A DNA stretch of 63,445 bases, counting the filler, from Perkinsus chesapeaki ATCC PRA-425 (Eukaryota > Protista > Perkinsozoa), in assembly GCA_013115145.1 (NCBI GenBank). It is 5 parts of 5 records of this genome, joined end to end, with 100 filler letters (N's around TTAATTAATTAA, not from the genome) between each part and the next. Parts side by side here need not be neighbours in the genome. Positions count along the whole stretch, not along the records: positions 30,225 to 52,386 come from JAAPAO010000585.1; 4 more parts are not named here. The stretch is one strand, 5' to 3'. Below the pieces are notes generated by a model. That model was given only the letters and a program-made list of their open reading frames with translations. It did no database searches and was not told the origin of the DNA. A program made the translations under genes and the position numbers. This document shows positions 38,100 to 49,900 of this stretch, one piece after another (position 1 is the stretch's first letter; each line of letters opens with the position of its first letter).

Positions 38100-39799
38100 A
38101 TGGCGCATTGTTTTCTCAACTCGAAAGATGATTTCGTATCTGATGCGATCGACGGGCTAGTCGCCACCTCTGGAAACTCACTGGCTCGTCTTATAACCCC
38201 AGAAAAAGATACTAAGGTAAGCTTGAACCATGCATGATACAAAATAGGTCGACGATAACTCCCGTTTAGGTTGTTATCCGTGCAGATTGGTCGAAGGATC
38301 ATGTTGCCGTAATCTCTGGTGGTGGTAGTGGCCACGAACCTACCCATCCTGGCTTCGTCGGCCGAGGCATGCTCACCGCAGCCGTTTGCGGATCAGTCTT
38401 CGCTTCACCAAGCGTGTCTGCTATCCTATCAACAATCGTTCAAGTGACCGGTGATGCCGGCTGTCTTCTTGTTGTTAAGAACTACACCGGTGATAGGCTC
38501 AACTTCGGCCTTGCCCGGGAAATCGCCAAGTCAAAGTACGGCCTTGAAGTCGAGATGGTCATAGTTTCCGATGATATCGCTATCCCTCAATCAGCCCAGC
38601 CTCGTGGTATCGCGGGCACTCTCTTCGTTCACAAGATCGCCGGAGCGGCTGCCGAGTCGGGTGCTGATCTCGCTGAGGTCTCCCGAGTGGCACAAGAGGT
38701 TGCCAGTAGGGTGATGTCGATCGGTGTAGCTTTAACTCACTGCAACATGCCCGGTGAAGCAGTTAAAGTTAATCGAGTTAAACCGGGTATGATGGAGGTT
38801 GGCCTAGGTATCCATGGCGAGCCGGGCGCGTCCACGGTCCCTGTAGAGAGCGCCGCTGGGACAGTCAACGTACTAGTTGAGAAGCTACGACGAGCTGCTG
38901 ACCGTAGGCGTCTGTCAATCAAGAGAACAGCCTTGTTGGTTAACAACTTGGGCACCTGTATGCCAGCTGAGATGAACATCATTGCGAAAGATGCCCTCGA
39001 TGAACTTGAGCCGGACCTGCTTGTTGGTCCAGCATCGCTCATGACATCCCTCGACATGCATGGCTTCTCACTAACACTCTTGCCGCTTACAGACGAGATA
39101 GAGCAGCTTCTGACCGCCCCAACTGTGGTGCCATCTTGGCCATCTGCGAAAGCTCCGTCTGTTGGCCGAACAATTCGCGTGGACAAGCACATTTCCACCG
39201 AACTGACAAACTCCACTCCGAGCTCCAACCCACTGTATCGTGCCCGAGTTGAGGCCGCCTGTGATGCTGTCCTCTCCTCAGAGGGAGAGCTCAACGACTT
39301 GGACAGTGCTGTAGGTGACGGTGATTGCGGTACCACCTTGGCTGCCGGCGCCAGGGCAGTGCTATCTGGTATCGATGAGGCCCCCCTCGCCGATGGCCAT
39401 GACCTCGCCTTGTGGCTTGCTGAGGCCTCCAGCCGTATGGGAGGCTCCTCGGGCGTTTTGGCGGCTATTTTCTTCACAGCTGTCGCTAAAGTCGGTGATT
39501 GGTCCCCTGCTGCGGTGAAGGCAGGTGTTGATGCCATGACCCTATACGGCGGTGCTTCACTAGGCTCTAGAACTGCTATGGACGCCCTCATCCCATACGC
39601 CAAAGCTCTCAGTGCTGGAGACGGTCTCGTGGGTGCTGCTGGGGAGGCCATGAAGGGGGCCGAAAGCACGGCTACGATGAGCGTTGCCACACATGGTAGA
39701 TCTGCAAATGTGCCCGGTGATGCGCTAAGAGGTCGTACCGATCCTGGTGCTCTTGCTGTTGGACGGGTGGTTGAAGCGATTGCTAAGGCTCAGGGTTAA
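38100..39799 (+). CDS. DAK: Dihydroxyacetone kinase, fused DhaK-DhaL (exons 38100-38216 and 38270-39799)
   Basis: VAVISGGGSGHEP, KNYTGDRLNFGLA, GIHGEPG, GDGDCGTT and GGSSG; a single 53-nt GT-AG intron keeps the frame. Confidence 0.97.
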
Positions 39800-40376
39800 A
39801 TCGTCTTGTAAAGAGATTTTATCATTTTGTTAAGCCTTTGTGTTCCACTGTGACGATTGGAAAAGTGTTGATAACCACACGAACGCAAGAGGCTTTTATT
39901 GGGAGCCTCGAAGGCCGTCGATGATCTGTCTCAAACCACACGTCGTCCGTCGATGTAATGATCATTAGTCTAGCCTGTATGGCTAGAGTTATAAGCGAAG
40001 AGTGATACCAAAAACAGCCCTTGAAATTAATTCAAACCGTGGAATCATTGGGGATAATTTATTCCTAAGAACAAGTAATCGATTGTCGTTGTTCGATATA
40101 CAGTGGAAGCTCGTATGGCAGAAAACTAGATATTATCAATCATCTGACGAGCTGATCGTCTTTCCCTTTAACAAATTATACAAGAGTAGGGGTAAGGCGG
40201 GTGAAGAGAGATGACAATCAGAGCGAGGCTAACTCACCGACACCAACTTTCACAGTTGTGAATCAAAGCTGGTGATACCATCTGGTGATTCATAGTGTGG
40301 AGCAAGTCGTAAGTCTAATGAGGCGCGTAGACAAGGCGCAAGTAGGGAGGTACTGTGAGTAGTTAATATAATGATT

Positions 40377-40475
40377 ATACACCGCGCGTCAAATTCTTAT
40401 CAGCTCGTGTTTTTCAAGGGTTTAAGAACAACTAAGGTGTACTCATCAACGATTACCTCAAGGATATGTTCCCTA
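40377..40475 (-). repeat. 99-bp dispersed repeat, copy 2
   Basis: Reverse complement matches 16470-16568 with three transitions. Confidence 0.9.
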
Positions 40476-41353
40476 CTAGGGAAGAACAACCCACAGGCGT
40501 AGCCTGTAGCTCTCTCGAGTCGAGACTCATGAGACTCAATCGATGCGTATGTTGCCTTGAGTGGTAATGAACACTGCTCATTGAGCAGTAACAGATGGCT
40601 ATGCTATTTCCGACTGATGGTAAGTCAGCCATCGTATAACGACCAATTCTGAAAGATCGACTGTTCCTCGAGGAGGCTGCCATGAGATTTGGAAATGGGG
40701 TGAAAAAGATAACAGAGTTGGGAAGTTCGGGGATTGATGGGCTTGGTTTAGAATCTAAACTGTAGATAGACAGCGTGGCAGTAATGCCCTTGCGTGACTG
40801 TCTCACACCGTGCGGCCAGAAGTTCCTAAATTCCAATTGTTTCACTGATGTTCCGAAATTGAAATTCCTGATTAACCACCTCCCCGTCCAAGATGTGAGT
40901 ATATCGGCACACCCAGGCGCTGAGCGCTAGTTGAAGGGAGCGTAAGGGCGTAAGAGTGAGCATGATCGCTGCCACGGTGGGACTGAGCTTTCTTTTTCAA
41001 GAAGTTCGGGAGACACTGCATCCGTGATGCATGCCGAAGGTCGATGCTCACTAGGCTCCCAGTTTTGCGTATCAACATGATACTGTCGGGTTATCACTTA
41101 CTCAAGACTTCAACAGCAATGCGTTCTGTTCGGAGCCGTGAACCAACGATAGTCACAAGCGTACAGCGAATGTTGCACTGAGCGAAGGGCACGGGAATCA
41201 ACAAATGATAAGCCAATGTTGTCAGACTGCGAAAACCCCCATCCTACGATTCGTGAGCAATGAATGTGAATCATAGCATATTGCTAATAGTCACTATTAA
41301 ATAGTGTTGTTGGGTAGCCAGGGAAGCTCATGCGTATTCTGTCGCAGAAGGGC

Positions 41354-41572
41354 TCACAGAAGTTCTGTGAGGACCACAGTTTGGTCCCATCCGATGAGTC
41401 CGTCCCTATCTGAGTCAGATAATCTGACTACAAGAACGGTATACAACACTGAGGGTGAAGTCCCTGTAGTATGCCATTTGTGAGTTCGATGGATGACACG
41501 TACTATGGCAGCGCTCAGGACAGAACGCGTGACGGCTGCGTCGGTCCAAACCCGGAAGTGACTACTAGTCAC
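41354..41572 (-). pseudogene. Possible retrotransposon RNase H remnant
   Basis: HFRVWTDAA resembles the first catalytic strand of retroelement RNase H (hxhxTDAS); surrounding frames contain stops. Confidence 0.3.
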
Positions 41573-42903
41573 TGACTAGAGTACCATCTGGAGCACTTCA
41601 ATTGAGCCCGGTATAGTAATCACTGTATTTCATCGGTTAGTAGCCACTTCTTATCACATAATATTTTTATCCACAATACAGTTTACTGCGTATTGTGAGG
41701 TAATAATCTTCAAGACATCTACTCTTAACAGCTAAGGATGTTCAAACCACAAGCTGCAGCCCAACTAGAACTACAAGTACAAGTAAATGGAGGGAAGAGG
41801 GAGCAGCACACAAATATCTTTAGGTCGCCGTTCACGGCAAGGGGAGCGGAAGTCCAGCGTCCACTACGAGCTCTAGTTTCGAACTTGGAGCTTCACACGA
41901 GAGTGCAATGTCACTGCTGAGGGCCTCAGCCTGCGGCTTTCACGCTCGAGCCATGCACGGTGAAATCGAGGCGATGTCATCAAGTCGGTGGCAACGTCAC
42001 GAGGGATCCAAAACCAAAGGGTTTGCCTTGAGCGGTTGAGGTTGGTAGCCTTAGGACCTAAGGCTTAGGTTACCAAAGTTAGCAGTACCATGAGCATGAA
42101 AATAGATGCAGTACGGACATTGATATCCGTAACGGGGAGGTTAACTTCCCAAGTCAACGCAGGATTTGTCCAGCAGAGAGCGGACAGCTAACCCTCAACA
42201 CGGTGTTGACAACATCTGTAGTAGGTGTACTAGCGGGCCGCTAGTAGCGGTAAACCCTATTGAATTGACGTGAGGAGGTAACTCACATGCTGCACGTGAT
42301 TAACCGTGAATCATTCACGTGAAGTGAAGTTCACATGGAGCTGTTCTATTGGAGCACTGTACGTATCATTAAGACGCTTCGCCCAGATGAAACAGGGGCC
42401 CCTTCGGCATCCAGCACTCTCCCCTATGTAGCAAGAAAACTAGATCATGTTTTTAGCATTTGAGTTGAGCCGATCGCGAACCTCGCTCTTTGTCATCAAG
42501 TGAGATCACTGTCATCGCTCAAATACAGGGCTCCTGTAACGGGGGCGAGGTACCCCAGGAGCCGTTGAAACTAGCGTTCCGAAGGAACCCAACACAATAA
42601 GTCTAGTTGAAAGTTTTCGAATGTTCTCCTTAAATGGCATATACTAAAGACAGCACCATGTTCAACCCGTTGACGTTACATGCTGGTTAACTGTCAATCT
42701 CACCGCAAGGGTCTAATCTGTAATCTTGGCACATCACATTGTGATGATCACAAAGAAGAATTCTTAACAACATACACAAAGACCAGCATGAGTAGTCATT
42801 AGGAGTTAACGGCATACTGCTGCCAGGGCATACTATAATAGATTAGGAAGCTTGAGGAATATCTCCTCAGCATATTGAATAGCTGGTTTGAGCTTCTGTC
42901 AGA

Positions 42904-43365
42904 TTATAAGCAGCCTAGTTGCTGACACAATCCTCTGGCCACGTCATCGTCAAGTTGTGGTACAACTCGATATTCCTCCTCGCTCAGGCTCATGTCGATC
43001 GCTGCGTCTCTCTGGGCCATGTAGAAGTCAATATAGGTGAAGCCATCCGACCTTATTTCTTGGAAAATTCGATGATATCTAACAGCATGAACATAAGCAT
43101 CAAGGGCTGCTAAATCCCAATCGAGAACAAAGGTGGAGGTCCCATCGTGTTCATGGAGCACGCCGGGGACTTTGACTGTGCGAAATGATGGCCTAAGGCC
43201 GGGCAAGTTGAACAGGCATGAGTAGTTGGCAACTTCCGGACAGAGAATCGTCAGCTTGAATGGGTCGTCACCCTGTTGAATACCAAATATTCTCGTACCG
43301 GATGCATATAACACATTGAGTGGCAGCAGTATGAGGAAGTATAGAGCGATAGTGGGTGAGGTCAT
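42904..43365 (-). CDS. Small secreted protein (153 aa, intronless)
   Basis: Signal peptide MTSPTIALYFLILLPLNVLYA; clean ORF with paired Cys. Confidence 0.75.
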   Translation of the reverse strand: MTSPTIALYFLILLPLNVLYASGTRIFGIQQGDDPFKLTILCPEVANYSCLFNLPGLRPSFRTVKVPGVLHEHDGTSTFVLDWDLAALDAYVHAVRYHRIFQEIRSDGFTYIDFYMAQRDAAIDMSLSEEEYRVVPQLDDDVARGLCQQLGCL

Positions 43366-44945
43366 TTGTCCTATAGCTGAGTGAGATGAGTATGAACATC
43401 AAGTAGAGATGACGCAAAGCGACAGCCACCAAGTACAACGTGCTGATCTTATGGCCCACCAGTGACGGGCCTCATCATCTCCGATTTACATGAGCCGCTT
43501 CATCGTGACACAACAAATTGCCTCCATAACTGCGCGCCTGCATAAGAGTTGTCTATTTTCAGAAGTGTGAATACATACAGATCAGCGTAGCAGAAATAAA
43601 GGGAACTCGTCAGAGTGCTACCAAGGAAGCCTGTCAGTTAGGCACGGGGCTTGAGTTCGGCACAACTGTTCTGGATCGAGTCAATAATACGGGAATGTAT
43701 TTGCGGTGTTAAGCTCCCGAGAGCCTGTGAGACCATGTTATCGGATAACACTGTTCTCACTGAATGTGAATGACGGAAGGCAGAAGCTGGGAGACTCTCA
43801 GTAAGAGTATTACCTCGATGCGTACTACGCAAGCGCTTAATTCCGAAAGAATCCTTCGGAAGGAGACAAGATAGGTGCGGGCGCGGGAGCACCACACTAA
43901 ATGTGGCGCATGTAGGGATTCCCCTCAAGCCGACGTTTTTGATAGCATACATTGGGCCGCCCAAGTTGGGCGGACAGAGAATCGTTTCGGTTTTGGGCAG
44001 CGCGAAAAGGGCGCTTATGGGCGTGGCACGGAATGAACGCCATGCAGGCATACCGGTCAGTCTTTGAGTTGCACGCGTGCGCATTCATCTTTCTTCTGCG
44101 CCTCCTTTTTGTCGCTTCGGCGCAAGTTGGGCTGCCAGTCAGCCGCTGCCCAATTTGAACGTAAATTGCGTTCTAATCACTGGCAGGTATGGGTGCTGTG
44201 GGGTATGGGTTTTGGGGGACAGTAATTGACCCTTAGCGGTGTAGGTCCGCTCCCACCTTGCCCCCCCCCACTGTCAAGTACCCAGCTACGCCACTGATGT
44301 CATACTGTGTTGGCCGGCTGTCGCTAGAGATATCGAAAGCGCTGTTGTTACTGTATTCGCATTGAAGGGTTTATGTGTTTATAAGGATTGCGTTCGTCTA
44401 GTATGACTTAATACATCATTTACCTTCTTTCACAGCGGCAGCTTCAGGTAGGCTAAGTGTGCTGAGGGCCTTTTATAACCGACGATGACTCTCGAGACTA
44501 TCCGTCGTATGCAAAACAACAACATGCTAAACGCGAGAGATCCTGCGCGGGTATTTCGAACATCTCCGTGTTAAAATTCAAATCCACACCGGGAGGGCCC
44601 AGCAGCAGCGGCTGACCCGCTGTGACTCGTCCCGGTAGGAGTATTCGACTGTCAGATTCCACCAGGTCATCCTACCGAAACCATTCGTGAATAGGTATCA
44701 TCCTTGGACTTCCTTGAACACCCAACCGGGATGGATCGTCTCCGCCCATAATTCCACATTGATGTTTTTCAATGACCACCGTTTGACTGGCCGTGAGTGT
44801 TGCCGAATTAATACTTGTGAACGTTCGGCATGGTATGACCGAAACGCAACAGAATAATAATAAGCGACAGTAACGGTTGCTAATGTTACAATACATTCAC
44901 AGCCGCCGACGGCCTGCGAGGGGAATGAACAAAACCGTCAATGCG

Positions 44946-46544
44946 TTATGTCCTACCTTGGTAGAAACGCCTCTGTTGTTGATGTGTTTCCTGTTGCTGT
45001 TGTTGTTGTTGTTGCTGGGCGGGCAGGAGGGGTGATGTTAGTGTACCATTACTTGACACATCGAGGCTCGACTGAACATGGAGGGATTGATACGGAATCC
45101 GTGAAACGAATAACTCACTCGATGGGATAGGGGAGGACTTCGTCTGTTGGCTGGCCAAAACACAAATAGGATGAGCAGTGACGGTATCCATTCGGTCACA
45201 AAATAGACCTAGGAAGTATCTTAGCTAGATGCATGCTCTAAGGCTGCCGGAGTGTTACTATGGAATCCCACGCCTGTCTGTCAATACCAGGAGGGCCGAC
45301 AGTCTTCACCAGCCCGACACCGAAGAGGACCTCACTCATTCCTCGCACTAGAAATATGAGAGGGCATGTCAATGTCAATACCAGCACCTGAGTAACACGT
45401 CCAATGCTGATAGAGAGGATAAGCAAGATACTCGATTAATCACAGACTTGTTCCGGGATTGGCCAATTTGCCGAGCATTTCCCGACAGTTGTCGGCGAGA
45501 TCTATCACGCAATTGACCGGACACTTGCAACTGAAAGGGGAAATGGCAAACAAAAGGCAATAGAGAAGATGGCTTACACCATAGTAGAAGAACAGGATCG
45601 AACAGATTATGTAAAGAAGGCCCACGACAAAGTAAATGTATCTGAAGAGTCGCTGATGAGCAGGAAGACGACTCTAGGGCCTACTGGTTGTATTCTTTCC
45701 ATGCAGAGAGCAAGAAGGTTACAATCGATATTATTATAAAAACGCCATATCTGACATTGATGATCGAGGATGTGATTAAATATGGCTTATTACACTGCAA
45801 TATTGACAAATATGCAAATTGGCCGCAAAAGTGGATGTGACACCAACACCGCTGCATAGTAAACCTACCACAGAAATGAAGTCGCTCACGTAAAGGTGAT
45901 GATCACCTGTGCCCAGAATAGAATAACTATGCTGTATGTGGAGAGGAAAAGCAACGATGGGAAAATCATGAAGACATCATTTGTCCAGCTCTGAGATGGA
46001 AATACTATCTGGCAGCTCGTCAGCAGGTCATACCTGCACCGGATGCTCCAATCGGTGCATTCTGACTTCAAAATGAATGACTGCATCAAAAACAAGTGAG
46101 AGGGCCCGTGCGGCATTGGAGATGCAGAGAGCCAGTAGAAAGAAGAACCTAGTACGCCCTCCAGTGAGGGATATCGGAGGTATCTGAAAATACCCGATGC
46201 AGGATTCGAACCTACGACCATCTGCTCCGTAGGCAGACATTCTATCCAGCTGAACTAATCGGGCGATGTAGGCCTAATCCTATGTTCAACACTAAGACGA
46301 GTGTGAAGCCAGTGAAGGCTTCTTGGAACCCCGCGATGCTGACACTCACCGCATCAGCTCTCTTCTCCTCTTGTCTTTGTTTTATTAATTGCCTCGCTAA
46401 TACGATTGCCACAGCCAAGAATAAACCACAATCGACATAGGCCAGCACCGCTGCATAAGCTGAGTTGTGCGCGAACACCTCATCAATCGTGAACAGGTCC
46501 TCCTCGAAATCCTTAACAACACTGAGCGTCGATGCTGATGACAT
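44946..46544 (-). CDS. TOM1/THH1 (DUF1084/GPR137-like) multipass membrane protein (multi-exon)
   Basis: FFFLLALCISNAARALSL and FPSLLFLSTYSIVILFWAQV resemble the TOM1 motif LPGLLFFSTYTLLVLFWAE; several TM exons and a polyQ tail. Confidence 0.75.
46191..46264 (-). tRNA. trnR-ACG: tRNA-Arg(ACG), intact, inside an intron of the TOM1-like gene
   Basis: Full cloverleaf GCCCGAT/ATCGGGT, D-arm GTTC/GAAT, anticodon stem TCTGC/GCAGA with CT-ACG-GA, T-arm GTAGG-TTCGAAT-CCTGC, discriminator A, then TTTT. Confidence 0.97.
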
Positions 46545-46910
46545 CACAAACACTGAACGACAAATACGTAAAAATTGCCTCAAACAATAATGATAGTGAC
46601 ACGCCACTTTCTTAAAGTGTTATATAAAATTACAGGATAAATTGATTAACTACAACGGTGTTCTCGCTGTTGATGATGCCTTGTAGCTGCTCAAAGGCGG
46701 TAAGGTGATGACCCTATCCCCACTGGTACACAATTCTGATAATAATAATAAAGAAACAACTTTTTTCAATGATGCAGCAGGAATGATGTATACTATAACG
46801 TCAGAAGCAAGTTTACAAAAAAATCGACAACCGTATTAGTAGTAACAACTGTCTCCCTCATTCGATACGAGGCGACGGGCGAAGGTTCGATCCCCAGCGA
46901 GAGTAGTTTT

Positions 46911-49900
46911 CTAGTAATTATCAAGTATCCAGTTTGTGGCATCCTCGAGCGTTGGGTGATGCATCAAGGCTTCTTGTATTTGATCTTGCTCGAAACCAAT
47001 TTCCCGAAGTTCAGCTGAATAAAATGCGAGGTGCCGGGATCGAACCCGCGACCCCCCTTACCAGCTGTCTTCTTGATCTCTGCTTTCTGCTCCTCTATTC
47101 GTTCCCTCTCTTCGCTATTAGCTCCTGCGAACAGTATGTTCAGGACCTCCTCGTTGTCATCATCCATGGTAGTTGCTCGACTCTGACCAGCCATCTCGCC
47201 TAGCTCCGCATCCAAGCTCGCAACCTGCGCCATTAAATTCCAAAACTCTCCCACCCACCCTCATGCCTACCGCGTCTCGATTTGACTCGACAACAACAGG
47301 AGGGGGAGGTGGCGGAGGAGGAGGAGGCGGCGGCAGCGGAGGACTTCGAGTCGGCGGCGCAGGAGTCGGTGACGTCCCAGGCGGAGAACGGGTCAGAACG
47401 GGCTCGCTCTTCTCTTCGGGCAACGCCTACACCATTAGTAACGATGCACGCGAAGACCCAAGCAGTTACATTAGCGGAGGTTCGATCCCCGGAGGAGACA
47501 CTTTTAATGGGCATTTCTCCAGTTAGCAAGTCGGTCGGCTGGCCAGCGAAGGGGTTCGTGCTTCGGCTCATCTCGACGGGAGGGGGAGGTGGAGAACTAT
47601 GAGGAGGCTCTGCCCGCCTCGGGACAGCTTCTTGCCAAGCAGCGTTGCCGAATGAAGCATCCTAAAAAATCAAAATCCCGATTGCGAGGATCGAACCGGC
47701 GCCTACTCCAGACGGATGTCGGCCACCACCGCCCTTCTTCCTCCGACTTCCCGATCGAGGCCGCCATGGATCGCTGTTGAAGTTATCTGGGTTTGGCCAC
47801 TCGACCGGTTGAGGCGGCGGAGGTGGCGGGGGCTGCTGCTGTGAGTATGCCCCTCCGCCATTTCGATGATATTCGCCGGTATTTCCGCGCTGCAGGGATT
47901 GCCTACAACCATTCCAGCGTAATCGAAAGGTCCTCGGTTCGATCCCTGGCTACAGTTTTTTCTGCAAAGCATCGTTTTGTCCCATTAGTGCCGCCGCTGA
48001 GGGCGTTGGACTTCCCGCATTGTAATGAGCCCCACCAGAGGGCATTCCCGTAAATACATTCGGCGGGCATCCGTAACCCTTCCCGAAATTCCCCTGGCGA
48101 TTCGGATAAACAGGGCCCGGTGGAGGTCCTCCTCCTCCTGCTGCTGCTGGCATGATTCGTTGATTTATGTAACCAGGTGGCGGATAGACTGGCATGAACC
48201 CCTGTGGAGGTGGAGGAGGAGGAGGTCCTCCCGGTTGCATCATCATAGGGGAGTTCGGATATGCCGCAAATCTGACAAAACAACTATGATAAACGAGGAG
48301 CTTCACGACTATCATCAAACATAAGCAAATGATGAATTAGATATTATAATCCAACCACCACCGGTAGCAGCAGCACTATTGCCTTACACATTATGCCGCA
48401 TGTCCTGCTGCTGCTGTTGTGGAGGGCCACCACCGCCGCCGTACATCTGCTGTTGCCCAACTTGCTGCTGTGCTATCATCTGGCTCTTCTTTTTCAACTC
48501 TCTCAACGCCTTCGCAACATCAACGAAGACAGGACGTCTACTCTCTCTCGGGTCGATCTAAAAATACCCTAGCCGGGATTCGAACCCACGCCTCCTACGC
48601 AACGCAGTGCCAGGTCAGCAAGGTCCGATGCTACACCAGGATTCCACCCGCAGCTCCATTGTATCTGATCCAGCAGTTATCATCCTTCAACCAAATACCA
48701 ACAGTAAAGATTCACTTATTCCAAATTGGAATTTCGTTTATCAGTTTGACTTGTGGATCACACAAACCCTGACAACGATAGACTTTTCACTCGCCACAAA
48801 ATTATCAAGAACATTCATGAATATAAAAAGAGTACATGACATGGCCGCGAGTGCCCGCTAGTGTGCACACCTCGGTTCGCGAGGACGGAAGAGTGCGAGT
48901 TCAAAATAAGTGTTTGAAACTTCTAATACAACTCATTCTAAAAAGATAGTGGTATGTATCATTAATTTCAACCATGTATAACATGGTTCATAATTGAGGA
49001 GATCTTAGTAAACTACTACAGGGCATCGATCAACATAGTCCATTGTCGAATCTCTTTAACGCCCATTTCGTCCGCCTTACCATATTCCACAATTTCTCTT
49101 TATTGATCCCCTTGTACATCTCCGTGATGGCTTTCGTTCGTGGGTCCTGCAGCGCTGGTGGCTTGGTGGTGAGGAGCTCCAATAGGACCATACCGAAGGA
49201 GTATCTAAAAGTATATTGGATTTGGTTGAAGACAGAAATCACTTACACTTCAGATTTCTCAGTAACTACGGAGGTAGAAATATACAAAGGATCGGCGTAA
49301 CCTGAAACACCAGCCACATCCTGACATATCATAAATCTTGCACGCTTCAAGCTTAGATATTCCTGCTCAACGTTCAGATATTCCCAATCATCCCTAAATT
49401 CGGGAATTAAGAAGCTCTTCGCTGGCGAGTAACAAAATCGACCAAAACCTTGCTTCTTCATTTCCCCCTTTCCCTGTTCGAAAGTTTCTAATACCAAAAC
49501 ACTCAGAACAAGGAGATCTGATGCGCCTAGTCCTTCTAGTCAGCATTGCCATGATGATCGGCCTTCGCCTGTTGTTGAGCCCCGGACTATTCCCACTGAC
49601 CCTCCTCTCAAATGATTACGTGTATTCGACTTTGCCCTCCCTTCCCGCATCACCTATTGTCCCCGAACACATGTCCACTTTCTGGCCATCTCCCCCTTTT
49701 GCTGTCGCCAACAAGGCTAACCCAAAATCAGCAACCTTCGCATTGCCGCTTTTATCGAGAATTATGTTTTGAGACTAAAATGGTAAACATGTGACATTAT
49801 TTCGGCGGAGCGATGTATTATTACTTTTATATCTCTATGGAACACTTTAGGGGTAGAGTTATGTAAATGGCTCAAACCCAGACAAGCATCCAGTGCAACT

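Noticed and set aside
38737-39690. 317-aa minus-strand ORF
   Set aside because: Antisense shadow of the GC-rich DAK gene.
43638-44158. 148-aa and overlapping ORFs
   Set aside because: No recognisable motif or splice-consistent model.
48562-48655. Apparent tRNA-Ser(GCT) with a long variable arm
   Set aside because: The 5' part is the kinase exon WNPGVASDLADLALRC; only the 41-nt intron is tRNA-like.
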